Below are positions 12,388-24,680 of a stretch of DNA of 44,050 nt, piece after piece; position 1 is the stretch's first letter, and every line of letters begins with the position of its first letter. The notes beneath the pieces were generated by a model. The model worked only from the letters and a program-made list of their open reading frames with translations. It was not told where the DNA came from and made no database searches. The stretch spans positions 33,680,132 through 33,724,181 of the forward strand of contig NC_068986.1 in NCBI RefSeq assembly GCF_001194135.2, in the 5' to 3' direction. A program made the translations under genes and the position numbers. The DNA is from Octopus bimaculoides (lineage: Eukaryota).

Positions 12388-12434
12388 TTGGTAATGATGA
12401 TAGTGGTTATTATTATGATGAGGAGGAGGGGAGG

Positions 12435-12465
<31 letters not shown>

Positions 12466-12547
12466 GAAGAAAAAGAAGAAGAAGAAGAAAAAGAAGAAGA
12501 AGAAGAAGAAGAAGAAGAAGAAGAAGAAGAAGAAGAAGAAGAAGAAG

Positions 12548-12578
<31 letters not shown>

Positions 12579-12660
12579 GCAACAACAACAGCAACACCAC
12601 CACCACCACCATCACCACCAACAGCAACAACAACAACAGCAACAAGAAAAAAAGTAGAAG
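12260..12660. repeat. Compound (GAT)n-(GAA)n-(CAA/CAC)n
   Basis: Directly visible; source of the spurious poly-E/R/H/Q ORFs. Confidence 0.95.
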
Positions 12661-13495
12661 AGGGGAAGGAGTGCGCTTGCTAACACTTCCGGAGCCCTAT
12701 TTTGTAGTTTGTTTAATACGAGTGCACAATATATTCTTAAACACAAATTTTATGGACATCGAAAGGATGTGATGGGGAAAGTGAATCACTCATGATTTGA
12801 ACTCAGTATCTAAAGAGAACTATATACCTTATCTCTGAGTTCAGTGCTTAAATATTTCATTTTTTTTTATATATATATTAGAGGCAGTTTTGATTTATGA
12901 ACCTGAGTTTACAGAAACGGGTGACTAACAACAATACTTTCGGAATATCCTCGGGCCCAGTTAACCTCTGCAGATGCACTTTTAGATTGGAATGTAGAAC
13001 TTATAGAGGTTAGGTTAAGCTTCACTGAAAGAGTACTAAATTCAGCTGGTATAGATGGCCTGAGGAAATTGTAACAAGATACGTGTTTGGTATGTGCGTG
13101 TGTGTGTATGGACGGGTGAATGTGTTTGTATATATAAATGTGTGTGAATGTGTGTGTGTGTGTGTGTGTATACATACATGCATACATATGCACTTATATA
13201 CCCGTATAGAGAGAGGGAGAAAGACAGAGACATATATAGACATATATGTATGTATGTATGTATGTATGTATATTCATAGATTATTTTGATACATATATAT
13301 AAGTATATACATAAATGTACGTTCATAGATACTTTCGTGTGTGTTTATATTTACAAACAAACACAAGCTTATATATATTTCTAGTATATGAGCATATATA
13401 TGTACACAATATTACATACATATATACATATGTATATATATATAGGATATACGTACATATATATATATAATTTGTGTCTATTAAATAATATACAA

Positions 13496-13580
<85 letters not shown>

Positions 13581-13917
13581 NNNNNNNNNNNNNNNNNNNN
13601 NNNNNNNNNNNNNNNNNNNNNNNNNNNNNNNNNNNNNNNNNNNNNNNNNNNNNNNNNNNNNNNNNNNNNNNNNNNNNNNNNNNNNNNNNNNNNNNNNNNN
13701 NNNNNNNNNNNNNNNNNNNNNNNNNNNNNNNNNNNNNNNNNNNNNNNNNNNNNNNNNNNNNNNNNNNNNNNNNNNNNNNNNNNNNNNNNNNNNNNNNNNN
13801 NNNNNNNNNNNNNNNNNNNNNNNNNNNNNNNNNNNNNNNNNNNNNNNNNNNNNNNNNNNNNNNNNNNNNNNNNNNNNNNNNNNNNNNNNNNNNNNNNNNN
13901 NNNNNNNNNNNNNNNNN

Positions 13918-13966
<49 letters not shown>

Positions 13967-14229
13967 CGTGTGTGTGTGTGTGTGTGTGTACCTGTGGATA
14001 AACGGAGCAAGAGAGAATAAGAGTGAAATAGGGAGGCGAGAGGGTGTAAGACAGAGAAATACATATATACACACTGGAAAGAAAAGAATGTTTGTGAGCT
14101 GAGAAAAGAGAGAAAATTGACACAAGCAATACAAGCTGACATAATAGATATAATAGACATTCGAGATAAATGAAGAATATTATGAACGATCAAGTGTGAA
14201 TTTATTCGGTTGACCAACGACAGACAGAA

Positions 14230-14275
<46 letters not shown>

Positions 14276-14661
14276 GCTACTGAGGGGAATTCATTGCAAA
14301 ATATTAAGTATTAATGGTTAAAACAACGTTACTAACAAAAATGACTTTTAACTTACTTTTTCGAAGTTTATTTGTTCGTGCTCGCCGTTTTATTACATGC
14401 GTTATGCCATCTCTCTTACGTGCTATTGTACAAGAAATAAACTACCGCTAATTCAAATTTTTGTAGCAAAATATAAACTCGCAACCGTAAGAAAATAATT
14501 TTTAATAAACCGCTGATGTCCATGATAGAAGCTAAATAGCAACACATTCTCATTTTGTTCGTGCGGTTTTCAGTCTGGATCTCTAGTCATTTTGTCGATG
14601 AAATAAATTAGTTATGTTCATCTCAACATTTTATTTTATTTATTTATTCATTTATTGTTTA

Positions 14662-14860
14662 TTTACTTGGTTCAGTCACTGGATTGCAGCTATGCTAAGG
14701 CAGCACCTTGAAGGCTTCCGTCGATCAAATCTCCTTCAGTAATAATGTTTTTTAATGATGCCTGGTGCTTGCACAATCGGTGTCTTTTTGCTGAATCGTT
14801 AAATTACGGGAACGTAATTAAACACAGTTCGTCAAGCGGCGCGGAAACAAGCACAAACAT
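14662..14860 (-). mobile_element. SINE family B 3' module (diverged)
   Basis: The reverse complement aligns to 3282-3480 (cgcttgac.aact, ttacgt.cccgtaa.tta.cg.ttc.gcaaaaaga.accgat, ctgaa.caagtaaa). Confidence 0.75.
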
Positions 14861-15125
14861 ACACACATACATACACACATACATACATACATACATACAT
14901 ACATACATGCATACATACATACATTCATACATACATACATACATACATACATGTAAACATACATGTATACATACATACATACATGCACACATACATACAC
15001 ACATTCATATATGCATACATTCATACATACATACATGCATACATACATACATGTATGCATTCATACATACATACATACATACATACACACATACATACAT
15101 GCATTCATACATACATACATACACA
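14858..15125. repeat. Imperfect (CATA)n array between two SINE modules
   Basis: Directly visible. Confidence 0.95.
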
Positions 15126-15132
15126 TGTTTTT

Positions 15133-15264
15133 CTTATTGAACCCCCAAATGAATGAAAGGCAGGATTGACCTCGGCGGGTTTTGAACTCAAATGTAGAGA
15201 ATTGGAATAAACACTCTAAAGCATTCCATCCAACAGCTTTATCGACTCTGCCGAATCGCCACCT
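15133..15264 (-). mobile_element. SINE family A head (diverged, 3'-truncated)
   Basis: Reverse complement aggtggcgattcggcagagtcg...gagttcaaaacccgccgaggtcaatcctgcctttcattcatttgggggttc. Confidence 0.7.
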
Positions 15265-15576
15265 ATAAAATAAGTAAGATGAATGAGATCGGCAAAAAGA
15301 GAGAAAGACAAAGCGTATGCGTTTGATGCCGGTTGGTTACATAGAAATATGGCTGCTGATGAAGGTGGGCAGTGATGAATGGAGCTAGTGATGGTTATTG
15401 GAAGGTCATTAACGAATAAACGAAAAAGAGACTTGGAGAAATGTCAGGGGTTAATATCAACTCAATCGGACACATAACATTTTAATTTGAAAAATGCATC
15501 CTCTGTCTCTGTCTGTCTATCTGTCTGTCTATTTCTCTCCTCGCTCAAGACTAATATAAACTTATTACTCTGAACA

Positions 15577-15796
15577 ATAATCCTTTCTATTATAGACACA
15601 AGGCCTGAAATTGAAGGAGGGGATGGTCGATTACATCGACCCCAGTACTCGACTGGTATTTTATTCATCGACCCCGAAAGGATGAAAAGCAATGTCGACC
15701 TCGACGGATTTTGAAATCAGAGCGTAGTGACGGACGACATGCCGCTTAGCATCTCGCCCGGTGCTTAGCATTTCGCCCGGTGCTTAGCATTTCGCC
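15577..15796 (-). mobile_element. SINE family A with a 19-bp internal triplication at its 5' end
   Basis: Contains tcgaccccagtactcgactggta...tcgaccccgaaaggatgaaaagcaa (reverse complement of the family core). Unit gcttagcatttcgcccggt occurs at 15744, 15763 and (partial) 15782. Confidence 0.85.
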
Positions 15797-16035
15797 AAGA
15801 AGGCTTCTGATGAGATCACTGGATACGAATCGCTCATTCCCGAAAGAATAGAGTGCATGATAGCAGACAGCGAGAGAGGAACTGCCATTTCAGTTAAAAG
15901 ATAATGGAGACAACGACATCATGTGTTCTGATGATATTAACAATGACAACTATAAACAAACAACAACAATAAAAAGAAGGACCAATAGACCACAGAAAGG
16001 TAGTGAAAATCATTAAGAAACAACTAAAAATTAGA

Positions 16036-16355
16036 CATACACACCCATACCATTCTCACATATACACATACGCACGTGCACCTTCTCTTGTTGGGATCAC
16101 TAGCACTACCATTATCTTCCTTTCATTCAACCTCTTTTTTACTATTATCTCCCTTTCTTTCTAACACTATCGTTTTCCAGTTATACGCCATGCTGGACCG
16201 CTGAACTCTACACGTTTTTTTCATTCTCTCTCTGTTTATTTTCTCTTATTCCTTTCTGTCGAATGGCGTAGGCTCTTCTCGAGCGTCAAACTAATACACT
16301 TGCTAGTTGTTCCTACACTTGTCTTCGTCTTTTGTTTTTTCTATAAATTTCGACT
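16036..16355 (+). mobile_element. Penelope-like element 3' terminus (truncated copy)
   Basis: Homologous to 20260-20566: ctcttgttgggatcac, attatctccctttc, tttttcattctctctct, tattcctttctgt, gagcgtcaa, ttgttccta.ac.tgtcttc. It ends at an assembly gap. Confidence 0.75.
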
Positions 16356-17209
16356 NNNNNNNNNNNNNNNNNNNNNNNNNNNNNNNNNNNNNNNNNNNNN
16401 NNNNNNNNNNNNNNNNNNNNNNNNNNNNNNNNNNNNNNNNNNNNNNNNNNNNNNNNNNNNNNNNNNNNNNNNNNNNNNNNNNNNNNNNNNNNNNNNNNNN
16501 NNNNNNNNNNNNNNNNNNNNNNNNNNTATATATATATATATATGTATATATATATTTATTTATTTATTTACATGCATATACATGGTGAATCAGAGTATAT
16601 GTGTGCTTCATCGTCCACGATATTCGACCACATTGCTCAGCTGAGAGTTTGTAATAATTAAGCCTGCCCTTCATGGAAAATGGAAACAAGTCGTACAGTC
16701 GTTACTGTAAGCAGTTTCAACCTCCGAGTGATCTCTCGGGGATCGCTTTCTTCCCTACCACTTTTCATTGCGATGGGCCAGTCATGTTGTTTATCTAGAT
16801 GCATACTGGTGCCCAAGTGCGTTAACTGGACCCTCGGTGCAGCGACAAACGTTGGCCACGTGTTTTGCTCTTCTGGGTGTTAAGTTAGAAATTCATGGAG
16901 TTGTCACCGTTTGATTGAACTGTTCCAACTTCACCAACTTATTTCTCAAGTCTAGTATTCATCTATGATTTTTGAGAGATCTGAACTTGGTTCGTTTAAG
17001 CCCCTAACCTCGTGTGCCATTTTTAGCGAGTCATGCAATAGCTGTTAACCCGGGACGGCGTTCTTATAAGGGTATTATTCTTTTATATGGACAGTGGCAC
17101 CAATAATTTGTACCTGGTTCCATCTGGATTACAGCGTCAGTGTTCCACAATACCCTCGCCATTTTGTCATAATCTTATTATGTGCTTAGTTGTATGCAGT
17201 ATCTCGGCA

Positions 17210-17940
17210 GCAACAACAGAAGTCAAAATAATACAGGAACAACAACAGCAGCAGCAGCAGCAGGAGCAGCGGCAGAAATTCAATAACCTAACAGCAACAA
17301 AACAACAGTAGCACCAAAAGCAGCAGCGATAGTAGAAGTATACTGATAGCAAGTACAATACAGCAGCAGCAACTGAAGCAGCAATAGAAGTTTCAACAGC
17401 ATGAGCAACAGTAGTAGTCGTAGCAGCAGCAGCAGCAACAACAGCAGCAGTAGGAGAAATAGTATAAGTCGTAGTACCACAGCAGCAGGAGCAGCAACAA
17501 TAACAGCAGAAACGACAGCAGCAGCAACAAAAACAGCAACAGCAGCAAGAGAAGCAACGGCGGCAAGGGTCGTCTCAACAGCAATAACAACTAAAATTGG
17601 AACCACTAACGTAACCTCTTCCGGATCGTTCGGGACGCTAGAAATAGCAGGTAATATCTCTCACAAATCACGTTGTACCAACTTTGGAGCGGAGGGATCG
17701 CTTTAGATAATGCAGTCCTAGAACGACGAGATGGTCACGTTTGGAATACCTGGTACGTATACTCTGACAGGGGCTCTCATAGGGCTAAACGGTTGTAACG
17801 AAGTAAATTAAATGATTTTTCGGAAAAATAGTAACAATAAAAAGGGTGAGAGGAACAGACATAACAGCAATAGCACCAACTGCGTTAGCAGTGACAATAA
17901 CAACAACAACAACAGCAACAACAACAGCAACAACAACAGC

Positions 17941-17997
<57 letters not shown>

Positions 17998-18540
17998 TTC
18001 GTTTATTTGCCACAAGGGCGAAGGATGCGGGGGATAATACAGAGACAGACATACAAAAGGAGGAGGAGGAGGTGGTGTAGGAGAGGGGAGGAGGAGATGA
18101 AGACGAAGAGGAGGAGGAAGAGAAGAAGAAGAAGAAGAAGAAGAAGAAGAAGAAGAAGAAGAAGAAGAAGAAGAAGAAGAAGAAGAAAACAATTGCTGTA
18201 GCAACAACAAAAGCAACAACAAAAGCAACAACGGTAACCCCATGAAGTCCAACAAGAGTAACAACAGCATCAACGAAAGCAACATTTACGAAAACAACAA
18301 CAACAACAACAACAACATCGACACAAACACAACACAACAGTATCAAAATCAACAACAAAAATGGCGACGAAGATAACAACAACAATAATGGGAACAAACA
18401 ACAACAATCAACAACATCAAAAAAATAAATCAATTAGAAAAACAACAATAACGACAACGCTGACAACAACAACAACAACAACAACAGCAACAACAACAAC
18501 AGCAACAACAACAACAGCAACAACAACAACATCAATAACG
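17210..18540. repeat. Large (CAG/CAA/AAT/GAA) low-complexity domain with a unique island at about 17590-17810
   Basis: Directly visible; boundaries approximate. Confidence 0.9.
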
Positions 18541-19138
18541 GTACGAATATATTATTCTTCAACAAGCTACATAAATTTTAAACTGGTTCCCTTCAAAATC
18601 AATTTTGGATGATTTATGTCTCCTTGCTTTTAACCCTCTTCAAATCAAATTTAGTGGGAGTAAGTAGGCGGCCATTAAATANNNNNNNNNNNNNNNNNNN
18701 NNNNNNNNNNNNNNNNNNNNNNNNNNNNNNNNNNNNNNNNNNNNNNNNNNNNNNNNNNNNNNNNNNNNNNNNNNNNNNNNNNNNNNNNNNNNNNNNNNNN
18801 NNNNNNNNNNNNNNNNNNNNNNNNNNNNNNNNNNNNNNNNNNNNNNNNNNNNNNNNNNNNNNNNNNNNNNNNNNNNNNNNNNNNNNNNNNNNNNNNNNNN
18901 NNNNNNNNNNNNNNNNNNNNNNNNNNNNNNNNNNNNNNNNNNNNNNNNNNNNNNNNNNNNNNNNNNNNNNNNNNNNNNNNNNNNNNNNNNNNNNNNNNNN
19001 NNNNNNNNNNNNNNNNNNNNNNNNNNNNNNNNNNNNNNNNNNNNNNNNNNNNNNNNNNNNNNNNNNNNNNNNNNNNNNNNNNNNNNNNNNNNNNNNNNNN
19101 NNNNNNNNNNNNNNNNNNNNNNNNNNNNNNNNNNNNNN

Positions 19139-19175
<37 letters not shown>

Positions 19176-19609
19176 CATACATACATACATATACATATTT
19201 ATAAACAAGGGCAGAAAATAGTACCAACTTTGCTAGAAATAAGTGTCAAAAACGACTCAAAAAGACACAAAAGCATTAATTTAATGAGTTGATGAAAGAA
19301 GAGAAGCGAGAAAGCTCCTTACCTTTGTGAGACAAACTCACACAAGAAGTATCAAATATATTCATATCACGTGATTTCGAACTCTGAATCATTACATCTT
19401 ATCTCTAGTCAGTGGTTCTTACTGCGCCTTGACGAGAGCTTAGAGTACGAAATCACAAGATATGAATATATCTGCTATTTCTTGTTTGAGTTTGTGCTTT
19501 TTGTGCCTTTTTTTAGTTGCCTTTGACTATTGTTTCTAGCAATACTCGAACTATTTTGTACCCTCGTTTATAAATTTGCCTTTAGGGTTGAATTTTCTAT
19601 ATTATTTAT

Positions 19610-20566
19610 GACACCTCGGTCTCGTGCCATTTCCGCTCTACCGGTCATTCGCTACAATATCTGTCTGTGTTCGGACTGTCTATGCACAGGGACTACCCGG
19701 TCTCCCACCTTCACCGTGAACCGGAACTAATCTTCTTTCTTCGTTCCTTGCGCCACATGGGCTCAGCTCACCTCCTCTCTTCATCTAATCCCAACCTCAG
19801 CTCCTCTCTTTGACGCCAATCCCACACGGATTCCCACTCACTTCACACACAATTACACATACCTACAGCACCTTCACACTCCACACACACTTCTCAGTAC
19901 CCACACATCACGCCGTCATCCATACACACACACACACACACTCAATCTCTAATAGCGTCACCATACATGCCACTATTTGAGCAGCTACACACACAGTTTA
20001 ACTCAGTACACATACCACACACTATCCCACGCATTTCCACACTCAGACAAACACACAATACCTGAACACAGACAATATATGCACCCACACTCGCACAAAC
20101 ACATTATACTTGAACACAGACAATATAACACATGCCCACACACGCAACACACATAAACACACGCAACATACATAGACAAAGGAAACTTTCGCCCACATAC
20201 ACTATACACATACACACTATTTGGCCACAGTGACACACACACACACCTTTCCCACATACACACACATGCTTGCGCACCTCTTCTTGTTGGGATCACCATG
20301 AAATATGTCCCCTTCATTTTAACTTCTCTTTATTATTATCTCCCTTTCATTGAACCCTTTTTTCCCAATCATTCGCCATGTTGGACAACTGAACTCAATA
20401 CGTTTTTTTTTTTTTCATTCTCTCTCTATTTCCTTTTATTCCTTTCTGTTGAAAAGCATAGCCTCGAAACGTAAAAGATTTTTCCATTTTCCCTGAGCGT
20501 CAAGGTAACACACTTTCAAGTTGTTCCTATACCTGTCTTCTTCTTTGTTTTTCTATGAATTTGAAC
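19610..20566 (+). mobile_element. 5'-truncated Penelope-like element: GIY-YIG endonuclease C-terminus, CA-rich 3' region and pLTR-like end
   Basis: Frame from 19610 reads DTSVSCHFRSTGHSLQYLSVFGLSMHRDYPVSHLHREPELIFFLRS and then, after a frameshift, APHGLSSPPLFI* (stop 19786-19788). This matches the recalled PLE GIY-YIG tail pattern HF...GHS..L.V.GL...R...E..LIF.L....P.GLN. A decayed hammerhead-like motif lies at 20442-20477. Confidence 0.82.
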
Positions 20567-20688
20567 TATATATGTGTATGTGTGTGTAAGTGTATATATG
20601 TCTATGTATGTGTTCGTACATCTGTATAGATGACTGCCAATTTCTGAATGAGTACGAAGGTTTTTCATTTATATTCATTCACAGAGAA

Positions 20689-20778
<90 letters not shown>

Positions 20779-20842
20779 CGTGCGTGTGTGTTTGTTTGTC
20801 TGTCTGTCTGTCTGTCTGTGCACGCGCGTGTGTGTATGCGAA

Positions 20843-20925
20843 TGCAGACATAGCCAAATGGTTAAGAATTTCGATTCGTAATCATGAGTTCTGAGTTCGG
20901 TTTCATAGCGTAGCATCTCGGCTGT
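20843..20925 (+). mobile_element. Degenerate tRNA-SINE head (family B-like)
   Basis: gcagacatagccaaatggttaagaa...gagttcggtttcatagcgtagcatctcgg has degenerate A and B boxes resembling 2877-2960. Confidence 0.5.
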
Positions 20926-20964
20926 CATTTTTCCGGGTATCTTAATTGATGTGTTTCTCGACTC

Positions 20965-21300
20965 GCATTTCTTGATGCGGAAATGCATATTTCATTCGGT
21001 GCAGACGTGCAAAAATGATTGATAGCCCCACCAAACTAATTCACACATCGAGAAAACATGCGTACTGTACCCGAACTATCAAGTTTTACCGCTTACTGAA
21101 GTGTGTTCTTGACAACAAATCAAACAACGTATTCACGATTTCATTTCTGCTCTTGCCTTGCCGAAAGAACGAATAATATGCTTCTCTCAAGCTTCCAGAA
21201 TATGCGATAGGAATTTCTTGGAGAGCAGCTATGTCTACTTGTAAGTAGAAAACCAAGTTTTTTCTTGTGATGTGTTTCTTACATGGCCCGCAGATTGCCC
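20965..21300 (-). mobile_element. RTE-clade LINE AP-endonuclease fragment (degenerate)
   Basis: Minus strand LQVDIAALQEIPIAYSGSLREAYYSFFRQGKS, then with a frameshift NREYVV*FVVKNTL and GAINHFCTSAP. This matches recalled RTE motifs VDIAALQETRL..SGSL.E..YTFFW.GK, REHGVGFAV.N.L and LISAYAPT. Confidence 0.82.
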
Positions 21301-21491
21301 AAAGTCTTATGAAGGAAGCAGTGTAGATGGAAGCAGCCCTGAAGATATTGCGTAGCAATGATTTTATACACTGGTATGATCCAATGATTCTATGCACTGA
21401 TTTTGTCACAGGCTCTATTGCGCTGATTCTACCTCAGTATGCTCTAATCCACAGATTCTGTGTCTTCTTCCTAATATTTCTACCGTAACTA

Positions 21492-21708
21492 AGGTAGCGA
21501 GCTGACAGAATCGTTAGGACGCTGGGTAAAACGCTTAACGGCATTTCCTCCGTCATTACGTTCTGTGTTCAAATTCTGCCGAGTTCCACTTTACATTTCA
21601 TCATTTCGGAGTCGATTAAACAAGTACCAGATGAATACTGGGGTCGATGTAATCAACGTATGCCCTCCTCGAAATAGCTGGCCTTGCGCCAAAAGTTGCA
21701 ACCAATAT
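21492..21708 (+). mobile_element. tRNA-derived SINE, family A
   Basis: gagctgacagaatcgttagg...gttctgtgttcaaattctgccgag...ttcggagtcgattaaacaagtaccag...ctggggtcgatgtaatc. Confidence 0.85.
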
Positions 21709-23443
21709 TTCTACTACAACTAGTGTAGTATCTACTTCTTGGATTTGGTTTATCTCATAGAAACATAAGCCAAAATCTCAAACTCACTTATCTCGCTGTC
21801 TCACATTGTTTACGTCATTAACGCCTTCCAGGTCCGTGCACAAACAACGGCGCTCAATGCTTTCTTCCAAGAATCTTATCCCACAGGAAATGCCTTCTTT
21901 TATGTTTCTTTTATATGTATATATATATATATATATAAACACCACCGATTTACATCTGTTAAAGTCGAACATTAACTGGATTGACTTCACCGGTCTCGGA
22001 AGCCCTTCAGGCTTTCAAAAACCACAAGCAAATCTCCTTCCTCCAGGCCAAGAAAATAAATATAACACAGCAAACTTGGATACAAAAATGATCCAATTGT
22101 ATGAGATGCTGCAGAACTAAATCAAAAATCAGATATAATAAATGCTTTAGATTTTAACCTACAATTTCAATCGTCTTTTTCATCTTGTAATGGGATCGTT
22201 ATTTATTTTTTTTATTTATTCATAAGTGGGGGTGGAATAACGGGGTCAAGTCACTTTATAAAGCTTACCCAATTATATTAAATCATTATTTCGTACCGAA
22301 AGCTGTCATTTTATAATTCAAGCGTATTTTCATACTTCTTAGAAAGTACATTCTGTTAGCCATCTGGATTTTGAAAAAAGAAATGAAAAAAGGAGGGAAA
22401 AGTAATTAAAACACACGGATACACACACACACACTCACACACACACACACACACACACATACACACACACAGCAACAACAACAACAACAACAACAGCAAC
22501 AACAAAAACAAGGCTGTCCAAATCCACAAACATATACACACGCATATTGGCAAACACAACAAAAACAGCAACAGTTCATAAGCACATAATCAGCAACAAC
22601 ATACACACACATACACATACGTAAGCACTCGTATGCAGTCATACACGGCAAAAACATAGGAACAACACACACACACACACACACACAGAGGAACACACAC
22701 ACATTCACAAATACACAAACACACGCACGCACGCACGCACAAGACGAAGCGAGAACATGGCTTGGGAAGAACGAATGTTCTATTTGTTGAAGGAGACGCT
22801 GATGACGACGGCACAGAATAAGCAAAAAAAAAAAAAAAACTCCGTGACTTCAAAAGACGCCAAAAAATATCCACTTCTCAACGAGTTGTCACGAGTTAAA
22901 GAATCGCACCTTTTCATCAGTTTCGTGTTTACTCAGTTAAATTCTTCATTTATTTATATTTGTCTTTGCCGGTTATTTTTCCTTTCTTTTTTTTTGTTTT
23001 GTTTTCAGTGAACGGGTGGAAGTGAAGAGGGTGTCTTTCCTGCTTTTTACTGTTTTGTACTTGTTGTATCTCTACTTATGCAACCAAAGAGTAATTGCAA
23101 CAAGAATATGAATTTATATTTGTAACTCGTTTATTCATTTACTTCTTTCTTTCTTTCTTTATATATTTATTCATTTGCTTGTTTGTTTTGTCTTCAATCT
23201 TTTGCCTATTCTATAAAGGCCTTCTGGAATTCTCGACCAGTTATGTCGTACTTTTCTAGGCATATCTTCAAAAGCATTTTTAAGAACATAACAAATCATG
23301 ATGTGCACAATATTCTTTTCTTTTTCCTTTTACCTCCCTTCTATCCTCTTATACATACATACATACATACATACATACATTTATATGTGTGTGTGTATGT
23401 ATGTATGTATGTAAGTATGTATGTATGTATGTATGTATGTATG

Positions 23444-23482
<39 letters not shown>

Positions 23483-23565
23483 GCATATATATGTGTGTAT
23501 ACATGCATGTGTAAGTATATACATAAATACACACGCATATACATGTCTATGTATATACGTACGTA

Positions 23566-23606
<41 letters not shown>

Positions 23607-23825
23607 AAAGTCTACAATAAATGAAGTATATTCAATAATTTTGAACGTTAAATGGGCAAACACTCGTTATTCGTAGAAGTGCTAAACATATGTTTTATAA
23701 GAAAAGAAAGAAAAACTAGTTCGTCAGGCTTACATGAAACAACGTAGATTAGTTATTTATAAAGTTTAGATGCGTGTAAGCGTGGTTTGATAATTGGAAA
23801 ATTGGAGCGATGGTGTGAAAGAATA

Positions 23826-24351
23826 CAGTAATGCCTTGATATACAAGTTAATTTGTTCCCGGAGACCGATAGTAAAGGAAAAACTCGTAAAGGAGATCAA
23901 TAATTTCCCATAGTGGCAATGTTATAAACCGCAATTTGTTCCCAGAAAAATATTTTATCTATAAAATTTATAATATTCGTAAATAAATGATAATAAAGCA
24001 ACAGTAGAATGCAAAGAATATTTTATGTAAAGTAAAGAGACTGTCAAGATCATTATTATGATTGTTTTCTGAATCACTTTCTCTCGCATACACCATCACT
24101 TTCAGATGTGATAACCGATTCACAAGCACTCGTAGACAGACTTGTAGATTTTTTTTTTTAAATCAAGTCTAGAGTTGTTTGCTTAGCAGATTTTTTCGCT
24201 CGCTATAAATTTCTCGGTAACGCGCAGAAGAATCTTTCATGCCAGTAGGAACTATCGCACTTCGTTCAAAATTTGGATCCTGTGCTTGAAAAATAAAACT
24301 CGTAAATCCAGAGTTTCGTAAAGCGGATTTTCGTAAAGTGAGGTGTTACTA
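23826..24351. mobile_element. Degenerate Tc1/mariner (Tigger/pogo-like) MITE
   Basis: TA|cagtaatgccttgatatacaag at the left end and ttcgtaaagtgaggtgttacta|TA at the right end form an imperfect CAGTAAYACCTC-type TIR. Repeated (c/t)tcgtaaa subterminal motifs. Confidence 0.6.
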
Positions 24352-24509
24352 TACTGAAAAGCAAAGATCAGACCATGGTTGCTATTGATTAAATAATCGA
24401 GTGAGACAAATTAGGAACTGAAAATAAGGTTGGGACGTAAAGTTTGAGTTAAAATTATAAATTAAAACATTGAGAAGTCAGATGTCATCTATAAATATTT
24501 ATAGAAATA

Positions 24510-24545
<36 letters not shown>

Positions 24546-24562
24546 ACCATCGGGAAGATCCA

Positions 24563-24680
24563 TGGTGTAATGGCCAGTGTGAGGGGCTATAAATATAAAA
24601 TCACGGGTTCTGTTCGTGGACTGATGCACGATGTATTCTTAAGAAAAGCATTTCATTTTACGTTGTTTCAGTCTACCGAC
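24563..24680 (+). mobile_element. Degenerate tRNA-SINE (related to 39544-39757)
   Basis: catggtgtaatgg (A-box-like), gggttctgttc (B-box-like) and gtattcttaagaaaagcatttcattttacgttgtttcagtctac, similar to the reverse complement of the 39.6-kb copy. Confidence 0.5.

Noticed and set aside
12909-13059. Minus-strand terminal exon candidate PSIPAEFSTLSVKLNLTSISSTFQSKSASAEVNWARGYSESIVVSHPFL*
   Set aside because: Decent acceptor (atttcctcAG) and a vague FN3-like look, but the opposite strand gives an equally protein-like frame and no linked exon or recognisable domain was found. Unresolved, not called.
15807-15836. CTGATGA...GAAT hammerhead-like motif
   Set aside because: GAAT instead of GAAA, a bulged stem II and no stem I partner.
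17401-17706. Thr/Ala/Ser-rich mucin-like ORF with donor GCAG|GTAATA
   Set aside because: Mostly CAG/CAA repeat, with no pyrimidine-tract acceptor upstream.
12260-18540. CRISPR-like or regularly spaced repeat-spacer arrays
   Set aside because: All periodicity is 2-4-nt simple repeats. No fixed repeat with unique spacers was seen anywhere in the window.
19425-19460. TTGACGAGAGCTTAGAGTACGAAATC hammerhead-like motif upstream of the Penelope fragment
   Set aside because: The core lacks the CUGA start, stem II is mismatched and there is no convincing stem I. At best a decayed relic.
21782-22400. Minus-strand exon candidates: 22336-22363 (MANRMYFLR, strong acceptor) and one ending at 21788 (donor GTGAGT)
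   Set aside because: They cannot be joined in frame using credible acceptors, and no homology was recognised.
23009-23030. Strong + acceptor (ttttgttttgttttcAG at 23007-23008)
   Set aside because: No good donor follows, and the candidate length is not a multiple of 3.
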